Shown here: piece after piece, positions 1 to 8,644 of the stretch
Layout: each line of letters opens with the position of its first letter
Numbering within the stretch: the first letter of the stretch is position 1
NCBI RefSeq assembly: GCF_008189405.1
Contig: NZ_CP043316.1
Location: 150,001-182,000, forward strand
Direction: 5' to 3'
DNA length: 32,000 nucleotides
Source of the DNA: Candidatus Saccharimonadota bacterium
GTDB taxonomy: Bacteria; Pseudomonadota; Alphaproteobacteria; CAJXXZ01; 1604HC
Made by a program: the position numbers and the translations under genes
Notes under the pieces: generated by a model
Told to the model about the DNA's origin: nothing
Seen by the model: only the letters and a program-made list of their open reading frames with translations
The model's database searches: none

Positions 1-206
1 TAAGTAATTTTTCTTAATATCAAATCAAATGCGCTAGCAAATAAGTTGAACTAAGTAATGATTAAGTAGTTTTGAGAGAGATGTTATGTTGGTGCAAGTA
101 GTTAAGTTAATAAAATAAAGTTAATAAATTTGCATTTAGGTTGTTTTTTTTATAATATATACTTATTCGCTGTTAAGCGTAAAAATTAAAGAGAGGATGT
201 ATTTAA

Positions 207-1082
207 ATGTACAGAAAAATCTTATTGACTGTGAGCGCTTTGATGATCACTGAATCTGCTCAGGGTAAAGTTAATAGCTGTTATAGCAAAAGAAGAGTCA
301 ATGCTGCTTTGTATGCTGGAGGAGGAGCAAGATTCCAAGGTTCTAAGGCTAAAGAAATAGAGACAAAATATACAGGTAAATTAGCTAATATTACATTGCC
401 TGTTAATAGCACTCAAGAATTTGATTTCGAGCAGAATGGAAAAGCTGGATATTTCTTTGGGCGATTGGGAGCTTTTGCTGTAATGCCTATTTCTTCATCA
501 TTCAAGGCTGGAATAGATGTGTTTGGTGATATTGGAAAAAGAAAATCTTACTTTAATAATGTGCATGAGTTAGTTAAGGGTAAATCTCCAGAAGTAGTGC
601 CTGCACCTGATCCTGATCCTAATCCTAATAACACTCCTCAAGCTATCCCTGTTACACAAGCAACAGGTGATATTGGATCTGATAAAGGAGAATCACTATT
701 AAGAATGACCCATATGTTCAGTGTTTACACAGGATTAAGAATGCATTACAGCTTCTCAGATTCTATGGACGCTCACATTGGGCTTGGTGGTATGATTTCT
801 GATGCTAAGTATAGAATCGAATCATTTGGATCTACTAAATATACAGAAACAAGTAGAAAATATGAATTTGGTGGTTACTTGAAAGCTGGAATTTTATGGA
901 CATTCGCTAATAAATTCTTTGTTGCTGGAGATATTATTGGTCAAATGAGAGCAAATAAAAAAATTGACATTAATGCATTCACTATAGCGGATAAGACAGA
1001 GGCTCATAATTTGAAATTCAAGAGAGCAGGTATGTTTGGAGTTAATGGTTCAATTACTGCTGGTATTCACTTGATCAAATAA
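207..1082 (+). CDS. Outer-membrane beta-barrel surface protein, paralog 1 of a four-member family in this window; carries a Pro-rich loop insertion
   Basis: SD-like GAGAGGA about 10 nt upstream of the ATG. N-terminal signal-like segment MYRKILLTVSALMITESAQG. Alternating amphipathic Gly/aromatic-rich strands (GYFFGRLGAFAV, FGGYLKAGILWTFANKFFVAGD). C-terminal block FGVNGSITAGIHLIK aligns with FNGSLGLGVNILG of ORF 18162..18830 and GASVGFTVNLMK of ORF 14322..14996. Confidence 0.6.
   Translation: MYRKILLTVSALMITESAQGKVNSCYSKRRVNAALYAGGGARFQGSKAKEIETKYTGKLANITLPVNSTQEFDFEQNGKAGYFFGRLGAFAVMPISSSFKAGIDVFGDIGKRKSYFNNVHELVKGKSPEVVPAPDPDPNPNNTPQAIPVTQATGDIGSDKGESLLRMTHMFSVYTGLRMHYSFSDSMDAHIGLGGMISDAKYRIESFGSTKYTETSRKYEFGGYLKAGILWTFANKFFVAGDIIGQMRANKKIDINAFTIADKTEAHNLKFKRAGMFGVNGSITAGIHLIK
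606..629 (+). repeat. In-frame hexanucleotide repeat CCTGAT CCTGAT CCTAAT CCTAAT (encodes PDPDPNPN) inside the surface-protein gene
   Basis: Read directly from the sequence. It lies in the Pro-rich segment SPEVVPAPDPDPNPNNTPQAIP, which the shorter paralog at 18162..18830 lacks. Confidence 0.9.
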
Positions 1083-1657
1083 TCTATAATTACTAACTAT
1101 AATTTTAGATTGTTCTGTTTTGTTATTCTATTCATCTGAAATTATATTGTATATTATTCCTAATAAATTATTCAATTTTCTATGAGTAATTAGAAATGAT
1201 TAATAATTGCTATTAAATCATATTAGTTCAAATGTTATAACAATTTTAAATTGTATATCGAAATTATAACTAAACAAATAGCATAAATCATAACAACTTT
1301 ATATATTATATAAGATTATGTTGAGCAATATAGCAAATAATCTTATCCTCTATATGAGGCATGTTCATAGATTGGTGATATTGAGTGCTACAACATCTTT
1401 ATTGTTTGTATACCATTAAAGTGACATGCGTATCTTAGGTTAGGGGGAGATGTATATTTGCCTTATATGTGAGAGATCATTATTTTGAATATAGTTATAT
1501 TAAACAAAAAATCTATATACGCAAATAAACAATTGTTTGAGTGTTTAATAGTTTATATTGATTCAGTGATTTATGCTGTGCCTTAATTATTTGTTATTAT
1601 ATTATTATTCAATTAAATGTTTTGTCATTAGATATATTGTTCATACAGAGCTTATAT

Positions 1658-2494
1658 CTATACTGTTTTTTTGTAATTTATATTTTCTGGGTTGATATAT
1701 TCCCTGCCATTCCATATTCTAATAAAAATGCTTCCAGAAGATTGCCCTATAGGCTCTCCTTGCTTTACAGTATCTCCTTTTTCTACAAATATAGAAGATA
1801 AATTACTGCATGTTATTAGCCAACTCAGATTTCCAACATCATGTTTTATATAAATTGAGTTGTTAGCTTTATCTACAAAAGCAATAGTTCCATCATATGG
1901 CGCTAGTACTTTCCCATGACTTAATATAAATACCCCATCTCGCCTTTTGCCATGTTTTTGAGAGAATGGTAATGATGTATCGATTGACCCATTCATAACA
2001 GGGAATAAAATTTTTACTTCTACAGATTTTGGCTGCTCTGATTGTTTTAATTGTTTTATAGCCTTTTGCTTTGCTTTGCTTTCTGCATTGTTTTTACTAT
2101 TTTGCCTACGCATAATCTCTTCAGACTTAATGCTTTGTTCATTTTTCTTAATCTCATCATCAAGCTCATTTTTGAGATCTTCATCAATCCCAACATTATC
2201 TATACTATTTATTTTATTTAAATTAAGTATATTATTCTGTTCTGCACCATTTTGCTCTTGATCAGATTGGTGTAAAATTTTAGAATTCACTTCGAATTCA
2301 GAAAACATTAATTTTTGTCCTGGTTTTAAAGAGTAGGGGTGTTTTAATTGATTCTTCTTGATTAAGTGCTTTGTATTAACATTATAATTTGCAGCAATTA
2401 TATCTAAAGTTTCATGCTCTTGAACAGTAATAAATTTTACTTTTTCTTCTTCACACCCTAGAAGAAGTAATGCAATTAAATATAAAAATTTCAT
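1658..2494 (-). CDS. nlpD: NlpD-like lipoprotein: lipobox + LysM domain + degenerate LytM (M23-like) domain
   Basis: Lipobox LLLGC at the N-terminus (MKFLYLIALLLLGCEEE). LysM-like ITVQEHETLDIIAANYNVNTKHLIKKNQLKHPYSLKPGQKL. C-terminal M23 fold pattern (VLAPYDGTIAFVD...IYIKHD...VEKGDTVKQGEPIGQSSG...IRIWNGREYINP) lacks the HxxxD and HxH metal ligands. Its start codon abuts the serS stop (TAAATG on the minus strand). Confidence 0.75.
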   Translation of the reverse strand: MKFLYLIALLLLGCEEEKVKFITVQEHETLDIIAANYNVNTKHLIKKNQLKHPYSLKPGQKLMFSEFEVNSKILHQSDQEQNGAEQNNILNLNKINSIDNVGIDEDLKNELDDEIKKNEQSIKSEEIMRRQNSKNNAESKAKQKAIKQLKQSEQPKSVEVKILFPVMNGSIDTSLPFSQKHGKRRDGVFILSHGKVLAPYDGTIAFVDKANNSIYIKHDVGNLSWLITCSNLSSIFVEKGDTVKQGEPIGQSSGSIFIRIWNGREYINPENINYKKTV

Positions 2495-3700
2495 TTATTT
2501 ATATTCCTCCATACCAACATATGATTGCAGAACATTTGGAATATGTAAAATATTATTCTCATCATCATAGTAATTTTCTAATATAGATGCCAAAGTTCTA
2601 CCAATTGCTAATGCAGAGCAATTTAGTGTGTGCACAAAATGCTTCTCTCCATCTTTAACATATCTAGCATTCATTCTTCTGGCTTGAAAATCTCTGCAAT
2701 TTGAACAGCTTGCTATTTCAACATATTTTCCTGCTCCAGCCATCCAAACTTCTATATCAAATTGCTTATGAGCTGTGAATCCTATATCTCCAGAGCAAAT
2801 CTCAACTATCCTGTATGGTAGATTTAATATTTGAAGAATACTTTCAGCATGTCTCAGCATGTTCATATGCTCAGTATCTGATGCATCTTTGTCAGTAATT
2901 GAAACAAGCTCAACCTTTTGAAACTGATGAAGTCTTATTAGCCCTTTTGTATCTTTACCCGCAGATCCAGCTTCTTTTCTGAAGCAGTGGCTTAAGGTGG
3001 TCATGCGAATGGGAAGTGTATCTAGCTTTAATATTTGGTTACTTGCAATGTTAATCAAAGGAACTTCTCCTGTAGGAATTAATGCCTTATCTTGTAACAT
3101 GAATAAATCTTCTTTGAATTTGGGCAATTGACCTGAGTTATAAAGAGCTGATTCTTTTGCAATAAATGGGACAGATATTTCTTTGAACCCATTTTGAGTA
3201 TTGAAATCTAGCATCCAATTGGCAATTGAGCGTTCTAATTTAGATAAAATTCCAGACATCATTGCGAATCTTGCCCCAGAAAGATCTGCAGAATTATGCC
3301 ATAAATCCATTTCATTCATTACTAAATCATGTGTTAATTTTTTTTGCTTAGGCACCCCCCATTTTTTTATCTCGACATTCTCGTGATCACTTTTCCCTAA
3401 TGGAGTATCAGAAGAAATAATATTAGGAAGCTCTGATAAGATATTGTAAAGTTCTTTATTAGCAAGTTGTTCCAATTTTTCTAATTCTTGAGCTTTTGCT
3501 TTTAGTCTTTTTCCTTCTTCAATATCACGATTTTTTGCAGCTACCTTAGACTGTTGGCGTACACTATTTAATTCGCCAATTAGATTCCTCCATTTCTTAT
3601 CTATATTTAATATTTCTTTTGATTTTGTGATCATTCCTCTGTCAAACAAATTCTTATCTAATTTGTCTGGGTTTTTTCTAATCCAATTCAAATCTAACAT
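2495..3700 (-). CDS. serS: Seryl-tRNA synthetase
   Basis: N-terminal MLDLNWIRKNPDKL and a coiled-coil arm. Class II motif 2 region CFRKEAGSAGKDTKGLIRLHQFQKVE. Motif 3 region ALAIGRTLASILENY. Confidence 0.95.
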   Translation of the reverse strand: MLDLNWIRKNPDKLDKNLFDRGMITKSKEILNIDKKWRNLIGELNSVRQQSKVAAKNRDIEEGKRLKAKAQELEKLEQLANKELYNILSELPNIISSDTPLGKSDHENVEIKKWGVPKQKKLTHDLVMNEMDLWHNSADLSGARFAMMSGILSKLERSIANWMLDFNTQNGFKEISVPFIAKESALYNSGQLPKFKEDLFMLQDKALIPTGEVPLINIASNQILKLDTLPIRMTTLSHCFRKEAGSAGKDTKGLIRLHQFQKVELVSITDKDASDTEHMNMLRHAESILQILNLPYRIVEICSGDIGFTAHKQFDIEVWMAGAGKYVEIASCSNCRDFQARRMNARYVKDGEKHFVHTLNCSALAIGRTLASILENYYDDENNILHIPNVLQSYVGMEEYK

Positions 3701-3706
3701 ATAGAT

Positions 3707-3735
3707 ATATTAGATCAAAAAGTGTATTAAATCAA
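3707..3735 (-). promoter_or_regulatory. Candidate sigma70-type promoter for serS (minus strand: TTGATT, 17 nt, TAATAT, then 6 nt to the ATG)
   Basis: Minus-strand reading is TTGATT-TAATACACTTTTTGATC-TAATAT-ATCTAT-ATG. There is no purine-rich SD before the ATG. In AT-rich DNA such hexamers arise by chance, so confidence is low. Confidence 0.3.
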
Positions 3736-3746
3736 AAATCTTATTA

Positions 3747-3775
3747 TTGACACATTTGCATATATATATCATAAT
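3747..3775 (+). promoter_or_regulatory. Candidate sigma70-type promoter for rplU-rpmA (TTGACA, 17 nt, CATAAT, then 6 nt to the ATG)
   Basis: Perfect -35 TTGACA at 3747-3752, 17-nt spacer, CATAAT at 3770-3775, rplU ATG at 3782. No SD lies between them. Confidence 0.4.
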
Positions 3776-3781
3776 TCGGAC

Positions 3782-4075
3782 ATGTTAAGTGCTGTTGTAC
3801 AATCAGGTGGACATCAATACATAGTCAGTGAAGGTTCGTTTATTAAGCATGCTACCTTAGATTCTGATATTGGGAGTTCAATAGAATTAAATAATTTAGG
3901 ATGTCTTGGTAAAAATGACCAAGCATGCGTAGTGAAGGCTGAAGTAATCAAGCATGGACGTGATAAAAAAGTTATTATTTTTAAGAAAATAAGAAGACAT
4001 AATCATAGAAAGTTTAATACCCATAGGCAAGGGTATACTCTTCTTCGAGTCACAAAGATAGAAACAAAGGAGTAA
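3782..4075 (+). CDS. rplU: 50S ribosomal protein L21
   Basis: MLSAVVQSGGHQYIVSEGSF matches the conserved L21 N-terminus (compare E. coli MYAVFQSGGKQHRVSEG). Followed 3 nt later by rpmA, the canonical operon order. Confidence 0.9.
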   Translation: MLSAVVQSGGHQYIVSEGSFIKHATLDSDIGSSIELNNLGCLGKNDQACVVKAEVIKHGRDKKVIIFKKIRRHNHRKFNTHRQGYTLLRVTKIETKE

Positions 4076-4078
4076 CAG

Positions 4079-4342
4079 ATGGCACAGAAAAAAGCTGGTG
4101 GTAGTACGCGAAACGGTAGAGATTCTGCTGGTAGAAGATTAGGCGTAAAAAAATACGGTAATGAAGTTGTGAAGGCTGGAAACATTATAGTTCGTCAAAG
4201 AGGGACTAAATTTCATCCTGGAACAAATGTTGGAATGGGTAGAGATCATACAATCTTTGCATTAAAGCCAGGATTCGTAAGCTTTGAATATAGATTAAAT
4301 AGAAAATTCATTTCTGTTAAATCTGATGATGAAAAAAACTAA
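4079..4342 (+). CDS. rpmA: 50S ribosomal protein L27
   Basis: [27 protein letters not shown]...[26 protein letters not shown] is the canonical L27 signature. SD AAGGAG lies in the 3' end of rplU. Confidence 0.95.
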   Translation: MAQKKAGGSTRNGRDSAGRRLGVKKYGNEVVKAGNIIVRQRGTKFHPGTNVGMGRDHTIFALKPGFVSFEYRLNRKFISVKSDDEKN

Positions 4343-5126
4343 TCTACATATTATCTTTATCCCCTAATTCATAATTTATTTATCTCAACTGAAATACTTA
4401 TTTAATACTAGGATTAGTAGCAAATGTCTATTGATGTTGAGTAGTTTATTGCAGAATGAATTGTAACTATTTAATGTGATTATTTTGTAATGTATTGGGG
4501 TTTTGCATATGTAAAATAGCTATGAGTGATTTGTAGTTGATAATTCAGAATACGAATATTGCTTTAATAAATTATTTCTTTTGAATTATAATATGTATAT
4601 ATATGTGTTGGCTATTACTTTGATCGTAGAATCATAATTGATTATAAATTACAATTTTTATTATAGTAATTCGTATTATAATTTCTGAGTTTATAGCTGT
4701 GCAATTAAGATACCATTGCAAAGTTTCTATGATTTCTGGTTGTATACAATCTTAATAGATTAGTAGAAGATATATAATTAAAAAGCAAAATATATAAAAA
4801 CAATAAGTTTGTCAAATAATAGTGAAAATATTATAAAAGTAATTATGATTTATATAGCAATACAAAATCTATAATATTGTATAGAAAATAATAAGATATG
4901 GTTAGTAAGTAATGATTTGCATAAATAGATGTGCAAATCCTATATTATCAAACATAGTGTTTGTATAATAAGGGTTTTATGAAGATTTTTAATATAAATT
5001 ATCAAGAAAAGTAGGTGATAATTATAAAAATGAATTATAATATTCTAGTTTTATGAAAAAAATTTAACATATATTAATAAAATTATATTATGTATAGTAA
5101 TAAATCATAATATATCTGTATAGGTT

Positions 5127-5615
5127 TTATATTTGTAAAAATCCATTGTTGTACAATAGGCTTAGTGCATTTCGTTTAGAGCCTGATTTTAGTATGATGC
5201 TTTGCCCTGATAATCTAAGAAAATTTTGATAATCCATTAATTTAGGAGCGAATATTTCCCTATCTTCATCACTCATACGCTTCACCATTATCCATTCTTC
5301 AGCAATTTTATGCTTCTGATTTGCTTTTTTAATGGCATAGTAGATTTTTGTACGCTTACCTTCTAATGTTTTTAATAATTCATATGCATCTTTTTCATTC
5401 GTTGGTGGAGCAAAATAGTTACGCCCATAAAACATAAAACTGATAAAAAAGTTGTCAGTTTCATTAGGAAAAGCTTGCCTGATTAGCTCATATGGATTTA
5501 ATTTGCTTTTATTTGTTAATTCAGGGCTCCATGTTTGTACTGAAATAGATGCTGAGTGTTTTTTAATTTGATCGGTTAAGAAAAAATCCCAAACTGGCAT
5601 ATGTATTGTATTCAT
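5127..5615 (-). CDS. Hypothetical protein (162 aa), no recognisable family
   Basis: Intact ORF with non-repetitive, balanced composition, flanked by long AT-rich spacers. I recognise no motif and see no signal peptide. Confidence 0.4.
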   Translation of the reverse strand: MNTIHMPVWDFFLTDQIKKHSASISVQTWSPELTNKSKLNPYELIRQAFPNETDNFFISFMFYGRNYFAPPTNEKDAYELLKTLEGKRTKIYYAIKKANQKHKIAEEWIMVKRMSDEDREIFAPKLMDYQNFLRLSGQSIILKSGSKRNALSLLYNNGFLQI

Positions 5616-5840
5616 ACAACTATTATGCTGTTCATTTTAGAAATTAGATAGATTAGTATGTGGTTTATTTCTGAGAATTAGATAGGTTAGTGATGTAATT
5701 AATAGTATATTTTTAGTGTTATTTGACTGATCATTCCTATTTTTTAAGATAAGGGTGATTAATGATCTTGCTGAATTTATTAAAGTATAATAAAAAGTTA
5801 TATTTTTATAATATATTTATTTCTTAATTTTATATATTGA

Positions 5841-6077
5841 TTATGTTGAGTTTTCTAATTTGTTTTTTATATCATTAAGCATGTTTTGTAAATCATCTGT
5901 TTCTAATTCTGTAATATTTTGAATGCTTTTGTTTTTTATGCAAAAATACCCATTGCATTTTGCCATCATTTCTTGAGCTTTTAATGCAACGCTGAGTAAG
6001 TTTTCTTTGATCGCTTTCTTATAGATAGTTTTTAAGTTTTGCATGAATTCTTCTTTCATATTTACCTCCAAATTCAT
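5841..6077 (-). CDS. Hypothetical small protein (78 aa)
   Basis: Intact ORF with GGAGG-like sequence upstream on the minus strand (GAATTTGGAGGTAAATATG internal Met option). Helical-looking, Lys/Asn-rich. No family assignable. Confidence 0.3.
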   Translation of the reverse strand: MNLEVNMKEEFMQNLKTIYKKAIKENLLSVALKAQEMMAKCNGYFCIKNKSIQNITELETDDLQNMLNDIKNKLENST

Positions 6078-6292
6078 TCTCTCATTACAAGGTTAATGAA
6101 TTCAAACTAAATATTTTATTATACAATATATTAAGAAAAATGCAATAATAAAATGTATACTTAATGACAATGAAATAAGTATTACACACCTCTAGCTAAC
6201 AACTAAAATACATCAAATTTACCAATAATTTACTATATATTTATTTTTTGTAAATGGTTTGTAGTTAAGATAAAAGAAATTAGGAGTAATAT

Positions 6293-8644
6293 ATGAATAA
6301 CAAATCACGTGTTTTACTGATATGTATGGCGTGTTCAATTAATAATGTTGAATCATCTTTTGAATCAGTGTTTAAAAATAATTGGAAACCAGTTCTAGAA
6401 GAAAATTTTGATAGATATTATGCAATTAAAAGAGCATCTTTAATGTTCGAAGGTGATATTGAAGTTGTTGCTAAATTAAAGAAATCAAAAAATGTATATT
6501 TGCCATTTGCATTTATCAATAATCATTTAATTCACTTAGATAATGGATTTGATTTTGAAATTGGTGCAGAAGCAAAACAAAGGATCGCAGATTCTACAAA
6601 TCATTTGTTAATAGAAAAAGCAGCTTTTTCTAAAAATTCTGAATATGTAGTACTAGAAGGTACTGCTGCATCAGCAAGTACAAAATATAAAAATTCTCAA
6701 GTACTGAAAAAAAGAATAGATCTTGATTCCGATAGAATCATAGATCTTACAGATCAAATCATAAAATTCTTAGATGAACAAGGATTTGAAAGAAAATTGG
6801 ATACTCAAAACCAGATTGATTTAGCTGATAACCTATCAATTATTAGCACTGGTAGCAAGCCACGCTCTAGATCTGCATCTATAGCATCGCTGAATTCTGG
6901 TCATAACACACCTAAATCTCCGTCTAGTCCAACATTAAGAAGTAGAACTAGTTCTGTAGCTTCTAATGCTTCATCTCCTAAAAGAAGCGTAGTGATCAAT
7001 GATAAAAATCTTGATGTAAAAGAAATGCCAGAGATAAGCCCTACAAATTCTTCAGGAAGCGCAGCAGAGCTAATCGTACAACAATTGAGTGCACAAAGTA
7101 GTCTTACAATTGAAACTGGAGATCAAAATACCACCCCTCCATCAATTTTGAGTTCAGAAACCAGTAATGCTAATACTTTTGATGTTATATCTGGAGAAAT
7201 AAGCCCAAGAAATGCAAATCAATTAGTTAATTCTGATTCTGGAGAAAGATTGGAAAGCTCAGACTCTACAGTGCAATCTGTTGTACAACAAATGGCAGAT
7301 AGTGATCAAGATATGCACAATCTATTACAAGGTAATGGAGAAGAATCTGTATTATCAATAGGTTCAGTAACTTCAGCGGCTTCAGCAGCTTCAAATCCTA
7401 ATGCATTAAGTTCGTTGATAAGGGGTGATCAAGCAGAAAATATGGAGCGTACTAATACACAAACAAACCCACAGATTGATACTGGTTTGCAGCAAATAAT
7501 TGACCAATTAGGAGTTCAAGGTAACGATGATAGTGTTGTTGAAGCAGGAGATAGATCTCCAAAAAGTAAGATGCTTGATCATGTTTCTATGAAGCTTGAA
7601 AGAGAGCATAGTTTGAGTGAAGAAGCCTTAAATAATGATAAAAAGTCCATCAATGATATTATTAGAGAGCAAAGAGCTCAAGCGAATGCAAATGGACAAA
7701 AGATTGCAGATTTATTTAATAAGGGTAATCAAAGCATGACAATAGAATCTAAAGTAAAATCTATTATGCAAGAAATTACAAATCACTCCTCAGTTAGTGA
7801 GTCTGCTGATATATTTCAAGATACAATGAACCTTTCTGATAAGACAATCACATATATAAAAGATAATGCTAAATTATTTGCAGATAAAAAATTACTTGCA
7901 GAATTTGTAGTAGGTCAAGAAAAATCTAATACATTATCTGGTGTATTGTTTAGAGATAGTCAAATAGGTAAGGGTAGGTATGGATTAGTTCACTACAATG
8001 CAGATGGATCTACCACATTGCAAGTTAAAGTTCCAAAAAACATTGATTCTACATTTGATTCAGCATTAAAAGCAATGAGCCATTCTTTACACTCAATGCT
8101 TACAATGAAAAAAGATAATGCAATCACATATATTTTGATTCATGTGAGAAAAGATAGCAGACATCTTAATAAGTTAATAGTGAAAGATAATCATGGAAAA
8201 ACTATGAATCCATTTATTAACCCTAATTTTAAATTATTGCTTAATGCTTATGACTCACAAAATGATGGTGTGGATTTCTTGCCTTGCATGATTCACGTAA
8301 CTGAAATGACACCAAGTTTTGCTGAAATTTCAGATATGACTAAATTCATGAATGGCGAAACTATCAATAACAAAGAGTTAAAGAAATCTATAAATGTGAA
8401 AGATTCGTTAAGAGTAAAAGATGATGTAAGATCTATTTATGAGTACATTTTAAAGAAATTGCCTAAATCTTATAAGAATAGTATATTAGTGCTTTCAGAT
8501 ATTGATAATAAGTTTCATTCATACCTTAAAAATGAATTTGGAATCAATGTTGCTGGAAATGATGGTGAATACAATTTCAGAGAAGTAAATACATTGCACA
8601 TTATGCATGAAATTTTGAAAGCTTCTAAAATTTATAAAGCATAA
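6293..8644 (+). CDS. Large orphan protein (783 aa): N-terminal domain, Ser/Thr/Pro/Arg-rich disordered core, structured C-terminal domain; candidate secreted or host-targeted effector
   Basis: SD AGGAG 8 nt upstream of the ATG. Long ORF in an AT-rich genome where random ORFs are short. Low-complexity core roughly 6845-7570 (SKPRSRSASIASLNSGHNTPKSPSSPTLRSRTSSVASNASSPKRS...). The C-terminal 300 aa are non-repetitive. Weakly signal-like N-terminus MNNKSRVLLICMACSINN. Confidence 0.6.
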   Translation: MNNKSRVLLICMACSINNVESSFESVFKNNWKPVLEENFDRYYAIKRASLMFEGDIEVVAKLKKSKNVYLPFAFINNHLIHLDNGFDFEIGAEAKQRIADSTNHLLIEKAAFSKNSEYVVLEGTAASASTKYKNSQVLKKRIDLDSDRIIDLTDQIIKFLDEQGFERKLDTQNQIDLADNLSIISTGSKPRSRSASIASLNSGHNTPKSPSSPTLRSRTSSVASNASSPKRSVVINDKNLDVKEMPEISPTNSSGSAAELIVQQLSAQSSLTIETGDQNTTPPSILSSETSNANTFDVISGEISPRNANQLVNSDSGERLESSDSTVQSVVQQMADSDQDMHNLLQGNGEESVLSIGSVTSAASAASNPNALSSLIRGDQAENMERTNTQTNPQIDTGLQQIIDQLGVQGNDDSVVEAGDRSPKSKMLDHVSMKLEREHSLSEEALNNDKKSINDIIREQRAQANANGQKIADLFNKGNQSMTIESKVKSIMQEITNHSSVSESADIFQDTMNLSDKTITYIKDNAKLFADKKLLAEFVVGQEKSNTLSGVLFRDSQIGKGRYGLVHYNADGSTTLQVKVPKNIDSTFDSALKAMSHSLHSMLTMKKDNAITYILIHVRKDSRHLNKLIVKDNHGKTMNPFINPNFKLLLNAYDSQNDGVDFLPCMIHVTEMTPSFAEISDMTKFMNGETINNKELKKSINVKDSLRVKDDVRSIYEYILKKLPKSYKNSILVLSDIDNKFHSYLKNEFGINVAGNDGEYNFREVNTLHIMHEILKASKIYKA

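Noticed and set aside
1310-1346. Perfect 10-bp inverted repeat ATAAGATTAT/ATAATCTTAT with a 17-nt loop between convergent genes; similar AT-only hairpins at about 9455-9476 and a CAATTAATTG palindrome near 9775
   Set aside because: The stems are purely A/T, there is no flanking T-run on either strand, and such repeats are expected by chance at this composition.
2076-4185. Small track ORFs 2076..2261, 3201..3386 and 4003..4185; elsewhere 13312..13494, 13314..13514, 16062..16250, 21751..21993, 23270..23458, 25022..25267, 26056..26274, 28609..28800, 29428..29625, 29603..29785
   Set aside because: All are nested inside, or antisense to, longer ORFs with recognisable family signatures. None has an SD or a motif.
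5841-6077. Weak resemblance of LSVALKAQEMMAKCNGYF to the C-terminal A.kALElLGKhlGmF block of phage small terminase subunits
   Set aside because: This is a single short motif in a 78-aa Lys-rich helical peptide, with no other phage genes nearby. It is too weak to call without an HMM search.
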